A DNA stretch of 51,615 nucleotides, the filler included, from Dirinaria sp. TL-2023a (Eukaryota): NCBI GenBank assembly GCA_051941275.1. It is 2 parts of 2 records of this genome, joined end to end, with 100 filler letters (N's around TTAATTAATTAA, not from the genome) between each part and the next. Parts side by side here need not be neighbours in the genome. Positions count along the whole stretch, not along the records: positions 25,892 to 51,615 come from JAVEBF010000170.1; 1 more part is not named here. One strand, written 5' to 3'. Shown here in pieces: positions 49,774-51,615 of the stretch (position 1 is its first letter; the number at the start of each line of letters is the position of its first letter). Below the pieces are notes generated by a model. That model saw only the letters and a program-made list of their open reading frames with translations, made no database searches and had not been told where the DNA came from. The position numbers and the translations under genes were made by a program.

Positions 49774-51006
49774 ATGGCCTGGCAAGCGCGAGGGCGAGGA
49801 GGGCGAGGTCAAGCAAATCAATTGTTTCGCCAACAGCAGGCCCCTCAGCGGGCCCCGGTACAAAATGCACAGCAGCCCCCTCCTGGACAAGGCTCAAACC
49901 GCCAACAACAACCCATTCAGCAACAGCCATATCGACAAGCATCTCAGCCAACCCCTCAAGGAAACGGTGCGTACCCACGGCAGCAACCACGTCAACACGC
50001 GCCGCCCCAAGGTGCATTTCCGCAGGCCCCTGCAGGAAACAGTGCAGACCGCGAGCAACAACTCAACCAGGCACCACCACCTCAGAATCCGTGGCAGCAG
50101 GGTCCTCCAGGAAACGGCTCGTACCGCCAACAGCAGCCCTCCCAGCGACTGCCGATTCAAAACATCATCAATGGGCAACAACCCTCTCCAGTTAACGACC
50201 TGTACCTCCAACAGCAACAATATCAGCGATCAGCACTCCAAGATATACAGCAGCCCATACCAGGAGACGGCTCATCCGAGCAGCCACCAGCGGTAGAAAA
50301 TGCATGGCAACCATCACCCAACTTCAGTCCGAACGGCATCTGGCCCCTCACTAGCGCCGTTTGTTGGAAGCCCATGTACCATATCAAGCTTGGCCCAGAC
50401 CCAGAAGCGCTGGAAAATTCGAGTGACTCTAGCAATCCCAGCTCGTCGAATCAGCGTGATCAATCCAATTTGGTCAATCACGCGCATGCGTCCAATGGAA
50501 TCAACCAGAACAGTAATCATCCCAGTCAACTCAATCAATTCAGCCAGGGAAACAAACAGCCCACAGAGAACGCTAAGCCCAGAAGTCCAATTGATTGGGG
50601 GATCAAAACAATCTTCACTGAGGCAGTCTCTATCAGACTCAACGCAGAGCATACGCAATATGACGTATGGTATATGCCCGAGGGTACAGAAGTCGAGAAA
50701 CGGGCTGGATTTGGCTTCACGGTGGGGGATGTGAGATGGATCGAAAACCCTGAAAAAGTGCCTCTAGTGAGGGTGATGGTAGGGAACGATAATATCATCG
50801 AGCTAACCTTTTTCACGTGGAATGCCAAGCATAAGGAAGGTTTTTGGAACCAGGTGAGACAGTTGGCACAGTTGGAGGAACGAGGCTCCTACGAAGGCAC
50901 CAAGGATGAGAAGTACAGGGAAGGTGTAAAACATATGTTGTGGAAGAAGGAGCCTGTCAAGGAGAAAGATCAAGTGGAGAAAAAGGTTCCGGGCTATGAA
51001 TTCTGA
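49774..51006 (+). CDS. Orphan protein D (410 aa): RGG + Q/P/G/N repeat N-terminus, putative PH-like C-terminal domain
   Basis: Intronless ORF starting MAWQARGRGGRG, repeated P.GNGSYRQQQP.Q-like units, and VRVMVGNDNIIELTFFTWNAKHKEGFWNQVRQL. Confidence 0.8.
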   Translation: MAWQARGRGGRGQANQLFRQQQAPQRAPVQNAQQPPPGQGSNRQQQPIQQQPYRQASQPTPQGNGAYPRQQPRQHAPPQGAFPQAPAGNSADREQQLNQAPPPQNPWQQGPPGNGSYRQQQPSQRLPIQNIINGQQPSPVNDLYLQQQQYQRSALQDIQQPIPGDGSSEQPPAVENAWQPSPNFSPNGIWPLTSAVCWKPMYHIKLGPDPEALENSSDSSNPSSSNQRDQSNLVNHAHASNGINQNSNHPSQLNQFSQGNKQPTENAKPRSPIDWGIKTIFTEAVSIRLNAEHTQYDVWYMPEGTEVEKRAGFGFTVGDVRWIENPEKVPLVRVMVGNDNIIELTFFTWNAKHKEGFWNQVRQLAQLEERGSYEGTKDEKYREGVKHMLWKKEPVKEKDQVEKKVPGYEF

Positions 51007-51615
51007 AGCGAACAGTAAACCGGCCAGTGGCACGTGGATGGTCATTCGTTTTGTAAGATAGTTTTTTAGAGCGAGGTTCAGTAGAGAAAAGTATAATCCC
51101 ATTATTTCCGGACTACTGTCCGGAATTAAATTTCAGCTAACTCTACTATTATTTAAATTGGACCACCTGAAACTATTCTCCCCGCTCTAACATCCTTGTC
51201 AGCGCATTTTTTCTCCTAAGGCCTCTAAGCGAGCCCGCCAAAACTACCTTACCTTATACCCCAATCCAACTTCCATCCCAGACCACACACAAAAAAAAAG
51301 AAAAATACCGATACACCACGCGCCCCTCAACCCCCAAAACCGCAGGTAATAACCTCCAAAAAACAAATTTCTTATCTCCCCTCCTTTTCATATCCCTCTC
51401 AAAAGAAATCCGCCCCCTTCTCTCCCCCCAAAAGACATCCCATATCCCACTCTGCATGCCAACACTCTCAAAAACCAGCGTATCAAGAATTTTCGCCAGG
51501 AATCGAGACTGTTAAATCGTGGGTTTTTTTCATGGAGAGGATAAGTTTGAGATGTGAGTTGGACATTTCGGGGGGATTTTGCATTGGAAGGTTGGTTTTA
51601 TGGTGAGAGCTGGGT

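Overview
Filamentous ascomycete (Pezizomycotina-type) nuclear DNA with short GT-AG introns and CTRAC/CTAAT branch points. All gene models were spliced by eye. An artificial 100-nt spacer (N...TTAATTAATTAA...N, 25792-25891) splits the window, so the two halves may not be adjacent. The left half looks accessory. It holds an A-T-R NRPS-like/carboxylic acid reductase gene (runs off the left edge), two small secreted Cys-rich proteins, a decayed amino-acid permease, other gene relics, an S8 subtilase, two inverted copies of a ~370-bp MITE-like element, an F-box/LRR-like gene with a premature stop, a membrane glycoprotein and a divergent class I photolyase. The right half holds a Cys/Ser pentapeptide-repeat protein, then a conserved block (RPC11, Med15/Gal11-like, LMBR1-like, TeaR-like). 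It ends with four consecutive orphan genes (43.5-51.0 kb) that each carry a similar beta-hairpin + helix motif resembling the C-terminus of a PH-superfamily fold; one has a Q/P/G-rich prion-like repeat N-terminus. This four-gene cluster is the best candidate for an undescribed system.
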